In this document: one piece after another, positions 38,999 through 48,682 of the stretch
How positions within the stretch are numbered: the first letter of the stretch is position 1
Layout of the letters: each line of letters begins with the position of its first letter
NCBI GenBank assembly: GCA_963666985.2
Contig: CAXXIA010000002.1
Coordinates: 928,001-992,000, forward strand
Origin: Spirochaetia bacterium
GTDB taxonomy: Bacteria; Spirochaetota; Spirochaetia; DSM-2461
Direction of reading: 5' to 3'
Length of the DNA: 64,000 bases
Made by a program: the position numbers and the translations under genes
The notes under the pieces: model-generated
Database searches by the model: none
Seen by the model: the letters and a program-made list of their open reading frames with translations, nothing else
Told to the model about the DNA's origin: nothing

Positions 38999-41521
38999 AT
39001 GTTTGGACACACAAAAAAAATAGACTACGAACTCGAAGCGGCGTTTAAAGAAGAAACGCGGGAGAGAATCGCACGGGAAACACGTCGTGGCGTCTTGGCC
39101 ACTTTTTTCATGTACCCGGTCTTCATACCCCTGGACTACCTTGTCTATCCGGATTTGGCACCCACTTTTATGTGGATCAGACTTACGGTCGTCGCTTTAA
39201 GTATCGGCGTACATTTCTTAATGAGACTCCCCTTTCCAGAAAAACACGCACGGCTGTTTGGAATTTTCTCTTATCTCTACTGTACGCTCGCGATCGTGCT
39301 GATGGTTCACCTCGTTGACGGATATGCGAGTCCGTACTACGCCGGAATCAACCTCGTTCTTATTTGCCTACTTTTCATTCTCCCGATGAATGTTAAGGAG
39401 ACAGCTTTTGTCATGGCCGTTGTCTATGCCGCTTACATCGTACCGATCCTCCTTAAAGGAGGGATTGTTGATACCCCTGCTTTCGCGGGCAACAACTTCT
39501 TCCTGATTTCTACAATGCTGCTTGCCATCTTGAGTTCCTATATGGCGACATCAATGAGACGGAAAGAATTTACATCACGATATGAACTTGCGCGAGCAAA
39601 CGAGGAACTCAAAAAACTGGACGTGGTAAAAAGCCAATTCTTCGCAAGCATCAGCCATGAAATCAGAACACCGTTAACATCCATCATGGCGCCGACCGAC
39701 AGCTTGCGCAGAGGTGATGTGGGGCTTCTTTCCACGTCACAGCAATCGCTTATCGACCAAGTGCACAGAAATGCGCTCCGCCTGCTCGATTTGATTAACC
39801 AAATGCTTGATTTCGCCAAATTCGATGCCGGAAAGATGACAATCCGTCTTAAGCGGGTTGATGTGATCAGGCTCATCCGAAACCAAGTGACTCTCTTTCG
39901 CGAAGTCTGCATCCGAAAAGGCCTTACGCTTGAATATGAAGTTTCACAAGAAATACCGATTGTCTTCCTTGATCAGGAAAAGCTGGATCGAATCGTTTCC
40001 AACCTGATTCGCAACGCCATCAAATTCACGGAAGAAGGCGGTATTACAATAAAAATCAGCGCCGAAGAGACGCCCGCTCCCGGATGGATAACGATACAAG
40101 TCCTGGATACCGGAATAGGAATTGCGGCCGATAATCTGGAGAAAATCTTCAATCATTTCCAGCAGGTTGACGGTTCAACGACACGGCGTTACGAAGGAAC
40201 GGGTTTGGGGCTGGCCATTGTCAGGGAATCGGTTGAGCTTCAGCACGGGCGAACCAGTGTGAACAGCGAAGTCGACAAGGGGAGCAGATTCACGGTTCAG
40301 CTTCCCATGAACCTCGATGAACTGGAGCCGGAAGCGGAGATTGACAGACGGGCGGTTGACCGGCGCCGGGAGGAACAAAGCTTCGACGGTAAGGAGAGAA
40401 GAAAAGCTCCCCGCCGTGATGAAGACGGCAAGATTACCATAAGCGATCTTGCGATGCTCGAAACCGAACTGGTTCCGGACGAAGATGTCGTTATTGAAGA
40501 ATTCCCGCAAAGCAGACCGTCCACGGGTATCCGTGTTCTTTATGTTGAAGACAATTCGGATCTGCGGCTTTACATAAGCCGTATGCTCGGCAGTTTCGGT
40601 CACTCGGTTTCTTTGGCCGTCAACGGACTTGACGGCTGGCAGAAAACCCAGGAAATCCTTCCCGATATTATCGTATCCGACGTGATGATGCCCGGAATGA
40701 ACGGGCTGAATCTGGCGCAATTGGTCAAGGCGACGGGTACGACACAAAAAATCCCGATCATCCTGATTACGGCGAAATCGGAAATTGATTCCCGAATTGA
40801 AGGGCTCGAAATCGGCGCCGACGACTATTTGGGCAAACCGATCAATATTCGCGAGCTCGATGCGCGGATCAGAAACATCGTCTCCGAGAGAAGATTCCGC
40901 GACGCCTTGAGTAAAGCCGAAGAAACCGAAGAGAGAATCAACCAATTGGCAATCGGCTTTTCGCGTTCGCTCGAACTGAGAGACGGATACACCGGCGGTC
41001 ATTCCGAAGATGTCCTTAATTTCGGAACAATCATCATCAAGGAACTCGGTATTCCCATGGACCAAACACTTCGTTTGTCTCTACTTATGCACGATATCGG
41101 TAAAATCGGGATTCCCGACAGCATCTTAAGAAAGCCGGCTCCGCTTACATCGCAAGAATGGAAAATCATGCGCAAACACCCGGAAATGGGTGCCGAACTG
41201 CTCAGCCAATTCGACTCACTTTCCGATATGGGCCTGATCATTCTTTCTCATCATGAACGATACGACGGAACCGGATACCCCCAGGGACTCTCGGGAGAAG
41301 ATATTCCGCTGGCGGCACGCATTATTGCCATAGCCGACGCTTGGCACGCAATGAGGGAAGACCGGACCTACCGAAAAGCCATACCTTTGGAGGATGCGGT
41401 AAACGAGCTGATCAGCAATCGAGGACGTCAGTTCGATCCGGTTATCGTTGATAGATTTCTCTGCGGCCTGGTACGGGAAGGTATAGTCCCTGAAAAAATG
41501 ATCAGTAAAACGTTAATATAA
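38999..41521 (+). CDS. Multi-TM sensor hybrid kinase fused to REC and HD-GYP
   Basis: About 6 N-terminal TM helices including SPYYAGINLVL; SHEIRTPL, NLIRNAIKFT, DTGIG, GTGLGL; REC VSDVMMP; MHDIGKIGIP, HHERYDGTGYP. Confidence 0.92.
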   Translation: MFGHTKKIDYELEAAFKEETRERIARETRRGVLATFFMYPVFIPLDYLVYPDLAPTFMWIRLTVVALSIGVHFLMRLPFPEKHARLFGIFSYLYCTLAIVLMVHLVDGYASPYYAGINLVLICLLFILPMNVKETAFVMAVVYAAYIVPILLKGGIVDTPAFAGNNFFLISTMLLAILSSYMATSMRRKEFTSRYELARANEELKKLDVVKSQFFASISHEIRTPLTSIMAPTDSLRRGDVGLLSTSQQSLIDQVHRNALRLLDLINQMLDFAKFDAGKMTIRLKRVDVIRLIRNQVTLFREVCIRKGLTLEYEVSQEIPIVFLDQEKLDRIVSNLIRNAIKFTEEGGITIKISAEETPAPGWITIQVLDTGIGIAADNLEKIFNHFQQVDGSTTRRYEGTGLGLAIVRESVELQHGRTSVNSEVDKGSRFTVQLPMNLDELEPEAEIDRRAVDRRREEQSFDGKERRKAPRRDEDGKITISDLAMLETELVPDEDVVIEEFPQSRPSTGIRVLYVEDNSDLRLYISRMLGSFGHSVSLAVNGLDGWQKTQEILPDIIVSDVMMPGMNGLNLAQLVKATGTTQKIPIILITAKSEIDSRIEGLEIGADDYLGKPINIRELDARIRNIVSERRFRDALSKAEETEERINQLAIGFSRSLELRDGYTGGHSEDVLNFGTIIIKELGIPMDQTLRLSLLMHDIGKIGIPDSILRKPAPLTSQEWKIMRKHPEMGAELLSQFDSLSDMGLIILSHHERYDGTGYPQGLSGEDIPLAARIIAIADAWHAMREDRTYRKAIPLEDAVNELISNRGRQFDPVIVDRFLCGLVREGIVPEKMISKTLI

Positions 41522-41600
41522 GAAGGCGTTATATCGATTTCCAAATCATTGGGCGAATATCGGGGAAACAATAACCTTAAAAGCCCAAAGACGGCTCATC

Positions 41601-43085
41601 CTATTCCATAGAGCCTTTCCCGGTAACGGAAGGTAAATAGACGGTGAATACGGAGCCTCGGCCCGTTTCGCTTTCCACTTCAATCCGTCCGCCGCAGAGG
41701 TCGATAATCTTTTTGACGATTGAAAGGCCCAAACCCAGACCCTTTCCGGAGCTATGCCTCGCTCCCTTGAAATATTTATCATATATTTTTGATATTTCCC
41801 CGTAAGGAATCCCATCCCCCGTATCGGAAACGGCGACTAACACTGATTCCCCGAATTGAGCAAGTTTCACCGATATCAGGCCTTTTTCCGGTGTATATCT
41901 GGCGGCATTGGCCAAAAGATTAATCCAAACCTGCTGAATAATATCCCGATTTCCATAATACATAACCGACGAGAGTTCCGACACGATTCTCAGATTCTTT
42001 TTCCGAATCTCCGGTTCCAGCATGATAATGCACTCCCGAAGCTGCTCGTCCAGTGAAAACGACGACTTACCGCTTAGCCACTGCTGTGATTCCAGTTTCG
42101 CCAAAAGCAGCGTGTTTCCGGCAAGATCCGACAGCCGCTGGGACTCGGATGCGATGATTTCAAGATACCGAATCTGCTCCTCCCTGGAATATTCCTCTTC
42201 CAGCATCAGGTTGGCGAATCCATTGATGGACATAATGGGTGTTCTGAATTCATGAGAAAACTGCCTGACGAAATCATCCCTGAGAGTCTTGATACCCCGA
42301 AGTTCCCGGCACATCCTGTTGAAAGTTTCAAAAATTTCCCGAAAAGGACCGGCTTCATCTTCATTAAGGGCGATGTTGAAGTCACCGGCGGCTATGCGGG
42401 AAATACCTCCCACCAGCATTGTGAAATAACGATTGGATCGCTTCAGAAAAAAGTAAATGAAACATCCAAAAACCAGCGCCATTGGAAAAATCATGCCGAC
42501 CGCGCCGACCGGATCGTAAGACTGTAAGCCGACAACCTTATAGGCAAAGAATTCCACCAGGGCGAAAACGCAGACCGAAGCGATTACCAGCACAACGGAA
42601 AGGAGAATCAGTCTTCTCCTCAGCCGCTGAGTGGTGCTTGGAATCCTCTCCGATTTTCCGCCGAACAGGATGGAATCGCCGTTATCAACTTTGATGACTC
42701 CGGAACCGGGACGAACCGAACCAAGACGCCGGCACATTCTGTTGAAATCACTGTAAATATCCCGGAAAGGTCCCTTTCCTTTGGGATTCAGTTCAACATT
42801 ATAGTCCCCTTCGGAGACACGGCGGATTCCCTTAAGCAGTTCGGAGACGGTTCCGTCCACTTGCCGGAGTCCCTTCCGGGTAATCACACCCAAAAGGATG
42901 CCCATGGGACCGATCATGCCGATACAGTCGATGGGATCGTACAGAGTCCGGCTGTCGAGGATTTCATAGACGAAAAACTCAACAAGGGCAAAGGAACAAA
43001 CGGAACAGACGACAATCATTACGGAGACCAATACAAGGTGACGTCTGACGGGTTTTATCGCCGAAGGAACCGTCGGTTTCTTCAC
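41601..43085 (-). CDS. Sensor histidine kinase with a duplicated 2TM-HAMP module
   Basis: SHEFRTPI, NLLANAARYT, DTGDG, GLGLGL; two copies of FALVEFF...YDP...GM...FNRMC. Confidence 0.9.
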   Translation of the reverse strand: MKKPTVPSAIKPVRRHLVLVSVMIVVCSVCSFALVEFFVYEILDSRTLYDPIDCIGMIGPMGILLGVITRKGLRQVDGTVSELLKGIRRVSEGDYNVELNPKGKGPFRDIYSDFNRMCRRLGSVRPGSGVIKVDNGDSILFGGKSERIPSTTQRLRRRLILLSVVLVIASVCVFALVEFFAYKVVGLQSYDPVGAVGMIFPMALVFGCFIYFFLKRSNRYFTMLVGGISRIAAGDFNIALNEDEAGPFREIFETFNRMCRELRGIKTLRDDFVRQFSHEFRTPIMSINGFANLMLEEEYSREEQIRYLEIIASESQRLSDLAGNTLLLAKLESQQWLSGKSSFSLDEQLRECIIMLEPEIRKKNLRIVSELSSVMYYGNRDIIQQVWINLLANAARYTPEKGLISVKLAQFGESVLVAVSDTGDGIPYGEISKIYDKYFKGARHSSGKGLGLGLSIVKKIIDLCGGRIEVESETGRGSVFTVYLPSVTGKGSME

Positions 43086-43756
43086 CGGGCGCGGACCTCC
43101 GCCTTGTACCCCACACCTCTGACGGCGACTATGGAAATCTCATCCATATCCCGGAGCCGTCCTCTCAGGCGGCTGATATGGGTTTTAACCGTTTCCTCTC
43201 CGCTTTCCGAGCCGTCGCCCCAAACAGTGCTGAAAAGCTGATTTTTAGTAAAGATTCGTCCCGGTTCCGAGAGCAGCTTGGCCAAAAGGTCCGATTCTTT
43301 CTTCGGCAGAATATGGACCTCCCCGTCTTTCCTCAGTTCACAAGAGGTAAGATCCAGAACCGCGTCTCCTATGCTGATTTCCTGCCGGTCCTGTATCCGC
43401 GCCCTCCTGAGAAGTGCTTTTACCCGCCAGAGGAGCTCCTCTTTATTGAACGGTTTGGTAAGAAAGTCATCGGTTCCGCTGGAAAAACCGCTGCGCTTGG
43501 TATCGAAAGACTGATCGGCGGTAAGCATCAGTACCGGGATTGTCAAACCTTCTTCCCGAAGGGTTTTTACAAGAAGCAATCCGTCGATTCCCGGCATCAT
43601 GATGTCGGTTATAAGGAGGTCCACGGGATTCGCATCAAGAAAATCCTGGGCTTCCGCGCCGTCCCTTGCGGCCAGAACGGCATAATCCTTCCCAAGCTGC
43701 CGTTCCAGAAGCAGCCGCAAATTGTCGTCGTCCTCAGCAATCAGAAGGGTGGCCAC
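43082..43756 (-). CDS. OmpR/PhoB family response regulator (HssR-like)
   Basis: AEDD, TDIMMPGIDG, KPF, winged helix ETVKTHISRLR, VRGVGY. Confidence 0.92.
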   Translation of the reverse strand: MATLLIAEDDDNLRLLLERQLGKDYAVLAARDGAEAQDFLDANPVDLLITDIMMPGIDGLLLVKTLREEGLTIPVLMLTADQSFDTKRSGFSSGTDDFLTKPFNKEELLWRVKALLRRARIQDRQEISIGDAVLDLTSCELRKDGEVHILPKKESDLLAKLLSEPGRIFTKNQLFSTVWGDGSESGEETVKTHISRLRGRLRDMDEISIVAVRGVGYKAEVRAR

Positions 43757-43801
43757 CGGTTCAGTCCTCCGTGTTCCGGATTTTCCAATTATACATCAAG
43801 T

Positions 43802-44665
43802 TCAAGAGGCCTTACGATTTCGGAGTATTTTCAGATTTTCGGGACGGAGAAAGGCACTTTTATGATTTTTAATCATAACCTTACCGATCATACCGACAGC
43901 CTGACGGGGAAAAAGGCGATAAAGGAAATCCATAGCCTTCGAATCGCTGCCGATCAGCACCTTCGCTTTCTCTTTCATCACGCTTTTAAGAATTACGGCC
44001 GCGGCTTTTTCCGGTGAAGTAAGGGACATTCCGGCGGACTTTTTCTCTTCTTCAAGAGACCGAGATTCTTCTAATCCGGAGTTCTTTTTAATGTCGGTTT
44101 CTATGGCTCCGGGGAAAACCGCCGAAACACCGATCCCGACTCCCGCAAGTTCCTGCCTAAGAGCCTCCGTGGCGATTTTTACCGCCGCCTTTGAAGCTCC
44201 GTAGGCTCCCTGTCCGGCTACGGGGAGAAATCCGCCCATGCTCGATACATTGGAAATCCAGCCGCCGCCGTTATCCGCCAAAGAGGGAATGAACGCCCGG
44301 GCCATATTCAGCATTCCAAAGAAATTAATTTCAAAAAGCCGCCTGATAATCTGATCGTCAAGCTCATATATCGGAATAAACGGCTGAATGATTCCGGCAT
44401 TGTTAATCAGAACATCGATTCCGCCGAATCTCCTGATGATTTCATCCGGCAGTTTTAGAACTTTCTCATTGTCCGTAATGTCCGCGACATGAATCGATAA
44501 CCTGGTACGTTCGTTTCCCGCGGCCCGTACCGTTTCTTCCAGGGAACGAGGATTCAAGTCCACAGCGGCTACCATCGCTCCCATTTCGAGAGCCTGTATT
44601 ACAAGCTGTCTTCCAACGCCGCCGCCGGCTCCCGTAATAACAATGACTTTGTTTTCCAGTTTCAT
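43802..44665 (-). CDS. Short-chain dehydrogenase/reductase
   Basis: TGAGGGVG, NNAG, NVSS, YGASK. Confidence 0.92.
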   Translation of the reverse strand: MKLENKVIVITGAGGGVGRQLVIQALEMGAMVAAVDLNPRSLEETVRAAGNERTRLSIHVADITDNEKVLKLPDEIIRRFGGIDVLINNAGIIQPFIPIYELDDQIIRRLFEINFFGMLNMARAFIPSLADNGGGWISNVSSMGGFLPVAGQGAYGASKAAVKIATEALRQELAGVGIGVSAVFPGAIETDIKKNSGLEESRSLEEEKKSAGMSLTSPEKAAAVILKSVMKEKAKVLIGSDSKAMDFLYRLFPRQAVGMIGKVMIKNHKSAFLRPENLKILRNRKAS

Positions 44666-44917
44666 ATTGGCTCCTTCGTAACATTTCGTCTGTTTCTTAT
44701 CTGTTTCACTCAGAACATACGAAGGAGAGGTAACATGAAAGTAAACTCCGGGAAAAAGCTCTCAACGGCGGCTATTTGATCGGATGAATTTTTCTTTTCA
44801 TCCGGTTCAATTTAGGCTGAAAATCAGCTGTTATTAAGGTTCTTTAAGCCGGGGATGATACCTTACCGGCTTAAAGTTTGAGTTCACCAGAAGCACCGCC
44901 GACGCACGAAACTCGGC

Positions 44918-45326
44918 TTACTCCACCGTCGCTGGTGCGGCGGTGTTCACTCGCTTAGGCCATGCCAAAATCCCTACGGGATTTAGTCGCGGCCCTCGAT
45001 AGCTGTGCTTTGTCTTTCGTCGGTTCGGAAATGCGCAAGCACAGCTTGTGCACTCCTCTCGCCTTCCTCGGCCATCACTCCACCGTCGCTGGTGCGGCGG
45101 TGTTCGCTCGCTTAGGCCATGCCCAAATCTCTACGGGATTTAGTCGCGGCCCTCGATAGCTGTGCTTTGTCTTTCGTCGGTTCGGAAATGCGCAAGCACA
45201 GCTTGTGCACTCCACTCGCCTTCCTCGGCCATCACTCCACCGTCGCTGGATCAGGCGGTGTTCACTCGCTCGGCCATGCCCAAATCTCTACGGGATTTAG
45301 TCGCGGCCCTCGCTCACTCCACCGTC
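44918..45326. repeat. Tandem array of ~2.5 copies of a 157-bp palindrome-rich unit, each delimited by a copy of the glmS 3' end
   Basis: T[T/C]ACTCCACCGTC at 44918, 45075, 45232 and 45314 (the last is the glmS stop region); near-identical units with internal stems AAATCCC/GGGATTT and AGCTGTGCTT/AAGCACAGCT. Confidence 0.9.
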
Positions 45327-47137
45327 ACCGATTTTGCCAAATTCCTCGGCTGATCCACGTCCCGTCCCAGTTCCAAGGCGCAGTAATAGGCAAAAAGCTG
45401 GAGGGGAACGACCATCAGGAACGGATAAAACTTCTCGGCGATTCGGGGAATAAAGATGGCATCGTCGGCTATGGAGGCGGCTTCATCGTCGCCTTCAACG
45501 CACAAAGCGATTACAGGGCCTTTCCTGGCCTTGATTTCCTTCATATTGGAGATGACCTTCTCCCGAAGATGATCATCGGGCACCAGGAACATACTCGGCG
45601 TCTGTTCGTTGATGAGCGCGATGGGGCCGTGTTTGATTTCCGCGGCGCTGTAGCCTTCCGAATGAATGTAGGCGATTTCCTTAAGTTTTAAGGCGCCTTC
45701 CATCGCAACCGGATAATTGATGCCTCGTCCGAGGAAGAGGAAATCCTCGGCTTTGTAATACTTCTCTGCCAGTTTGCGGATGCTGTTTTCCTTCTCCAGG
45801 ATTTTCGCGATGGCTTGCGGAACGGATTTCAGCCCTTCGATAAAATCCTGCCCCTCGGGCCAGGCCATATGACGCATTCGAGCCATCTTCAATATAAAAA
45901 GATAAAGAGCCGCAACTTGACTTGTAAAGGCTTTGGTCGAGGCCACGGCGATCTCAGGCCCCGAATGGATATAGACGCCGCCGTCGGTTTCACGGGCGAT
46001 GGTGGATCCGACAACGTTGCAGATACCCAAAACCCGGGCACCCTTGCGCTTCAGCTCGCGAATAGCCATCAGCGTATCCAGAGTCTCACCGGATTGAGAG
46101 ACGGCAAAATAAAGCGTTCCCTCTTCAACAAGGGGATTCCGGTAGCGCAGCTCCGAAGCGAGTTCGGTTACGGCGGGAATGCGGGCCAGTGATTCCAGAA
46201 GATAGGCGGCCACGCATCCGGCATAGAAACTGGTTCCGGCGGCGATAATCACGACACGCTTCACTCCGAGAAGCTCCCGCTCGCTCATGTTCAAACCGCC
46301 GAGAACGGCCGTGGCCTGAACTTCATCAAAACGGCCGCTCATGGCTCGGGGAATGGAATCCGTCTGCTCATGGATTTCCTTGAGCATGTAATGGGGGTAA
46401 TCCCCTTTTTCCATCTCCTCGAGTTCCCAGGAGATGTTGTCCACGGTTTTATCCACGGGACGATTGCGCATGTCGGTTACTTGATAATCATGATGATCCA
46501 GACGAACGACTTCGCCGTCTTCGAAGTACACAACCTGCTTTGTATGGGCAATCATGGCGCTCACGTCGCTGGCAATGAACATTTCCCCGTCGCCGATGCC
46601 CAAAACCATGGGTGATCCGTTCCGTGCTCCGATGATTTCATCCGGATGATCGGCATGCATGACAAGGATTCCGTAGGTGCCCTTCAAAAGTGAAATGGCC
46701 TTCTGGACGGCGGCCAGCAAATCGCCCGAATAAAATGATTCGACCAGATGCGCGATGACTTCCGAATCGGTATCGGTGGCGAATTCATGGCCGTCGCCGA
46801 CAAGACGTTCCTTCAAACCGGTGTAATTCTCGATGATGCCGTTATGACAGATGGCAATTTTACCGCTGCAGTCGGTATGAGGATGAGCATTGATGTCGTT
46901 CACGCCGCCGTGGGTTGCCCAGCGCGTATGGCCGATACCCCAGTTGCCGGGAACATCCTTGGGAACAACGGCTTCAAGAGCATTGATTTTGCCTTCCTTT
47001 TTATACAAGAGAAGACGGCGCTCGGACCCGATGCTGATGCCGGCGGAATCATAACCTCGATATTCAAGCCTCTTCAAACCGGCCAGTAATACATCCGCGG
47101 CGCGACGGGGTCCGCAATATCCGATAATTCCGCACAT
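45314..47137 (-). CDS. glmS: Glutamine-fructose-6-phosphate transaminase (isomerizing)
   Basis: MCGIIG, LEYRGYDSAG, HTRWATHG, SQSGET, VASTKAFT, KHGPIAL, DQPRNLAKSVTVE. Start at ATG 47137. Confidence 0.98.
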   Translation of the reverse strand: MCGIIGYCGPRRAADVLLAGLKRLEYRGYDSAGISIGSERRLLLYKKEGKINALEAVVPKDVPGNWGIGHTRWATHGGVNDINAHPHTDCSGKIAICHNGIIENYTGLKERLVGDGHEFATDTDSEVIAHLVESFYSGDLLAAVQKAISLLKGTYGILVMHADHPDEIIGARNGSPMVLGIGDGEMFIASDVSAMIAHTKQVVYFEDGEVVRLDHHDYQVTDMRNRPVDKTVDNISWELEEMEKGDYPHYMLKEIHEQTDSIPRAMSGRFDEVQATAVLGGLNMSERELLGVKRVVIIAAGTSFYAGCVAAYLLESLARIPAVTELASELRYRNPLVEEGTLYFAVSQSGETLDTLMAIRELKRKGARVLGICNVVGSTIARETDGGVYIHSGPEIAVASTKAFTSQVAALYLFILKMARMRHMAWPEGQDFIEGLKSVPQAIAKILEKENSIRKLAEKYYKAEDFLFLGRGINYPVAMEGALKLKEIAYIHSEGYSAAEIKHGPIALINEQTPSMFLVPDDHLREKVISNMKEIKARKGPVIALCVEGDDEAASIADDAIFIPRIAEKFYPFLMVVPLQLFAYYCALELGRDVDQPRNLAKSVTVE

Positions 47138-47172
47138 ATTTTCAATCCTCCTCAAGGAAAACAAAACCGCAA

Positions 47173-48321
47173 TTGGTAATAGGGAGCATGGATATAACGA
47201 ATTATATCGCACCCATACCATCCATCCTAAGGCGGCAATCAGGCAAGAGTAAGGCCATTGCGGCATTCTTTATTTATTTTCGGTTATCCCTTTCCGTCTT
47301 TCCCGTTTCGGCGGCCGCGACAGTACTGTTTTTCTCGGCAGGATGCGCCCCCGGATCAGGCTCCGGTTCCGGCGGACCGCCTTTCACTGCGGACCTTCTT
47401 CCGCCGATACTCCTCTCCGCCGAGGTAACGGATGAACGAAGTCTTCACTTTGGATTCGATGAAGAAATAACGATCCATGGCGCATCATCCGTTATCAGCG
47501 ACAGTCTGCCCGTGGAATCGGCCCTTGCCGAGGAAAATCATCTGGAAATCCGATTCGCCGAGGACCAGGGAATCGGCCGCTCGTATATTCTTCGGGCTGA
47601 AGTGGAGGATGCAAAAGGGAACAGTCTCTCGTTCCTTTATGAGTTCAGCGGATGGAATCCGCGGGTGCCGGATCTGCTGATTAACGAACTGAATCCAAGA
47701 GGATCGGCAAGCACGCCGGACTGCATCGAACTCTACGCATTAAGCGATGGGAACCTCGGGGGACTTGTTGTTCTGATAGGAACTCCGGGAAATCATTCCG
47801 GTTCGATAACCCTTCCGGCCGTTGAGATTGCCGAAGGGGATTTTATCTTGGTTCATCCGAAATCCGAGGGTCTCCCGGAAGAAGTGGACGAAACAGACCT
47901 ACCGGATGCTTCCGGCGGGAAACTCGCCTCCGATACGGCTTGGGATTTCTGGATGCCCGGATCTCCGGGATTGCCGGGCAACAATGGAGCGGTCACCCTT
48001 CTTGCACGAAATGGCGGCAGAATCATCGACGCGGTGCTTTGGTCCGACAGGGAAGACGATCCGGACGCGGAAAATCTCGGATGGACTTCCGCGGGTTTTG
48101 ATTTCGCATCGGATCTCGGATCTTCAGGCTGCTGGAAAGCCGAGAGCGGCGGAACACCCAAGCCGTCGGATGCGGTCAGCGTGTCGTCTTCCACGGCTAC
48201 GCGGTCCTTGTGCCGCGCCTCAAATCCGGAAGACACCGATTCACGGAACGACTGGCACACCGTGCCCACAAGCCGGCGGACATTCGGGGCTCCGAACGAC
48301 GATGCGGTTTATACTCCCTAG
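47173..48321 (+). CDS. Putative lipoprotein with Ig-like and lamin-tail-like domains
   Basis: Hydrophobic segment and lipobox FSAGC; LLINEL...DCIELY...GNLGG, TPKP...TFGAPN. Start uncertain. Confidence 0.65.
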   Translation: MVIGSMDITNYIAPIPSILRRQSGKSKAIAAFFIYFRLSLSVFPVSAAATVLFFSAGCAPGSGSGSGGPPFTADLLPPILLSAEVTDERSLHFGFDEEITIHGASSVISDSLPVESALAEENHLEIRFAEDQGIGRSYILRAEVEDAKGNSLSFLYEFSGWNPRVPDLLINELNPRGSASTPDCIELYALSDGNLGGLVVLIGTPGNHSGSITLPAVEIAEGDFILVHPKSEGLPEEVDETDLPDASGGKLASDTAWDFWMPGSPGLPGNNGAVTLLARNGGRIIDAVLWSDREDDPDAENLGWTSAGFDFASDLGSSGCWKAESGGTPKPSDAVSVSSSTATRSLCRASNPEDTDSRNDWHTVPTSRRTFGAPNDDAVYTP

Positions 48322-48635
48322 ATTTTTGCCAACATCTCCTCGATGTTCCGCTTGGGTATAACACCGATGTTCTTCGAAGCCACTTCTCCATTCTTAAAGA
48401 CCATCAAGGTGGGTATACTCTGAATGGTGTACTTCTGTGCCGTTTCGGGGCACTCATCGACATTCAGCTTCGCCACTTTGACTTTGTCCGCGTATTCCTG
48501 TGCAATCTGATCAACAACGGGTGAAAGCATCCTGCACGGCACACACCACTCAGCCCAGAAATCGACTAAAACGGGAAGATCGGATTGGAGTACTTCGCTC
48601 TCAAAATTTTCATCGGTTAGAACTATCTCAGACAT
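48318..48635 (-). CDS. trxA: Thioredoxin
   Basis: VDFWAEWCVPC, NVD, SIPT. Confidence 0.96.
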   Translation of the reverse strand: MSEIVLTDENFESEVLQSDLPVLVDFWAEWCVPCRMLSPVVDQIAQEYADKVKVAKLNVDECPETAQKYTIQSIPTLMVFKNGEVASKNIGVIPKRNIEEMLAKI

Positions 48636-48682
48636 TGCTTTTTCAATTCCTTATCTAATGCATAAATTTTCTTCAATAAACC

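Noticed and set aside
44700..45313. Tn7-like transposon inserted at attTn7
   Set aside because: No tns/tniQ genes or recognisable Tn7 end with TnsB sites were seen downstream of glmS; the neighbouring genes look chromosomal.
44918..45326. CRISPR array
   Set aside because: The sequences between the short repeats are near-identical copies, not unique spacers; the period is 157 bp and no cas genes are present.
44962..45691. ORFs 44962-45159, 45119-45691 and 45162-45353
   Set aside because: They are translations of the tandem repeat and of the glmS antisense strand, with no independent coding evidence.
47138..47300. glmS ribozyme
   Set aside because: The upstream region is short, shared with a divergent gene, and lacks the AGCGCC...GACGAGG core.
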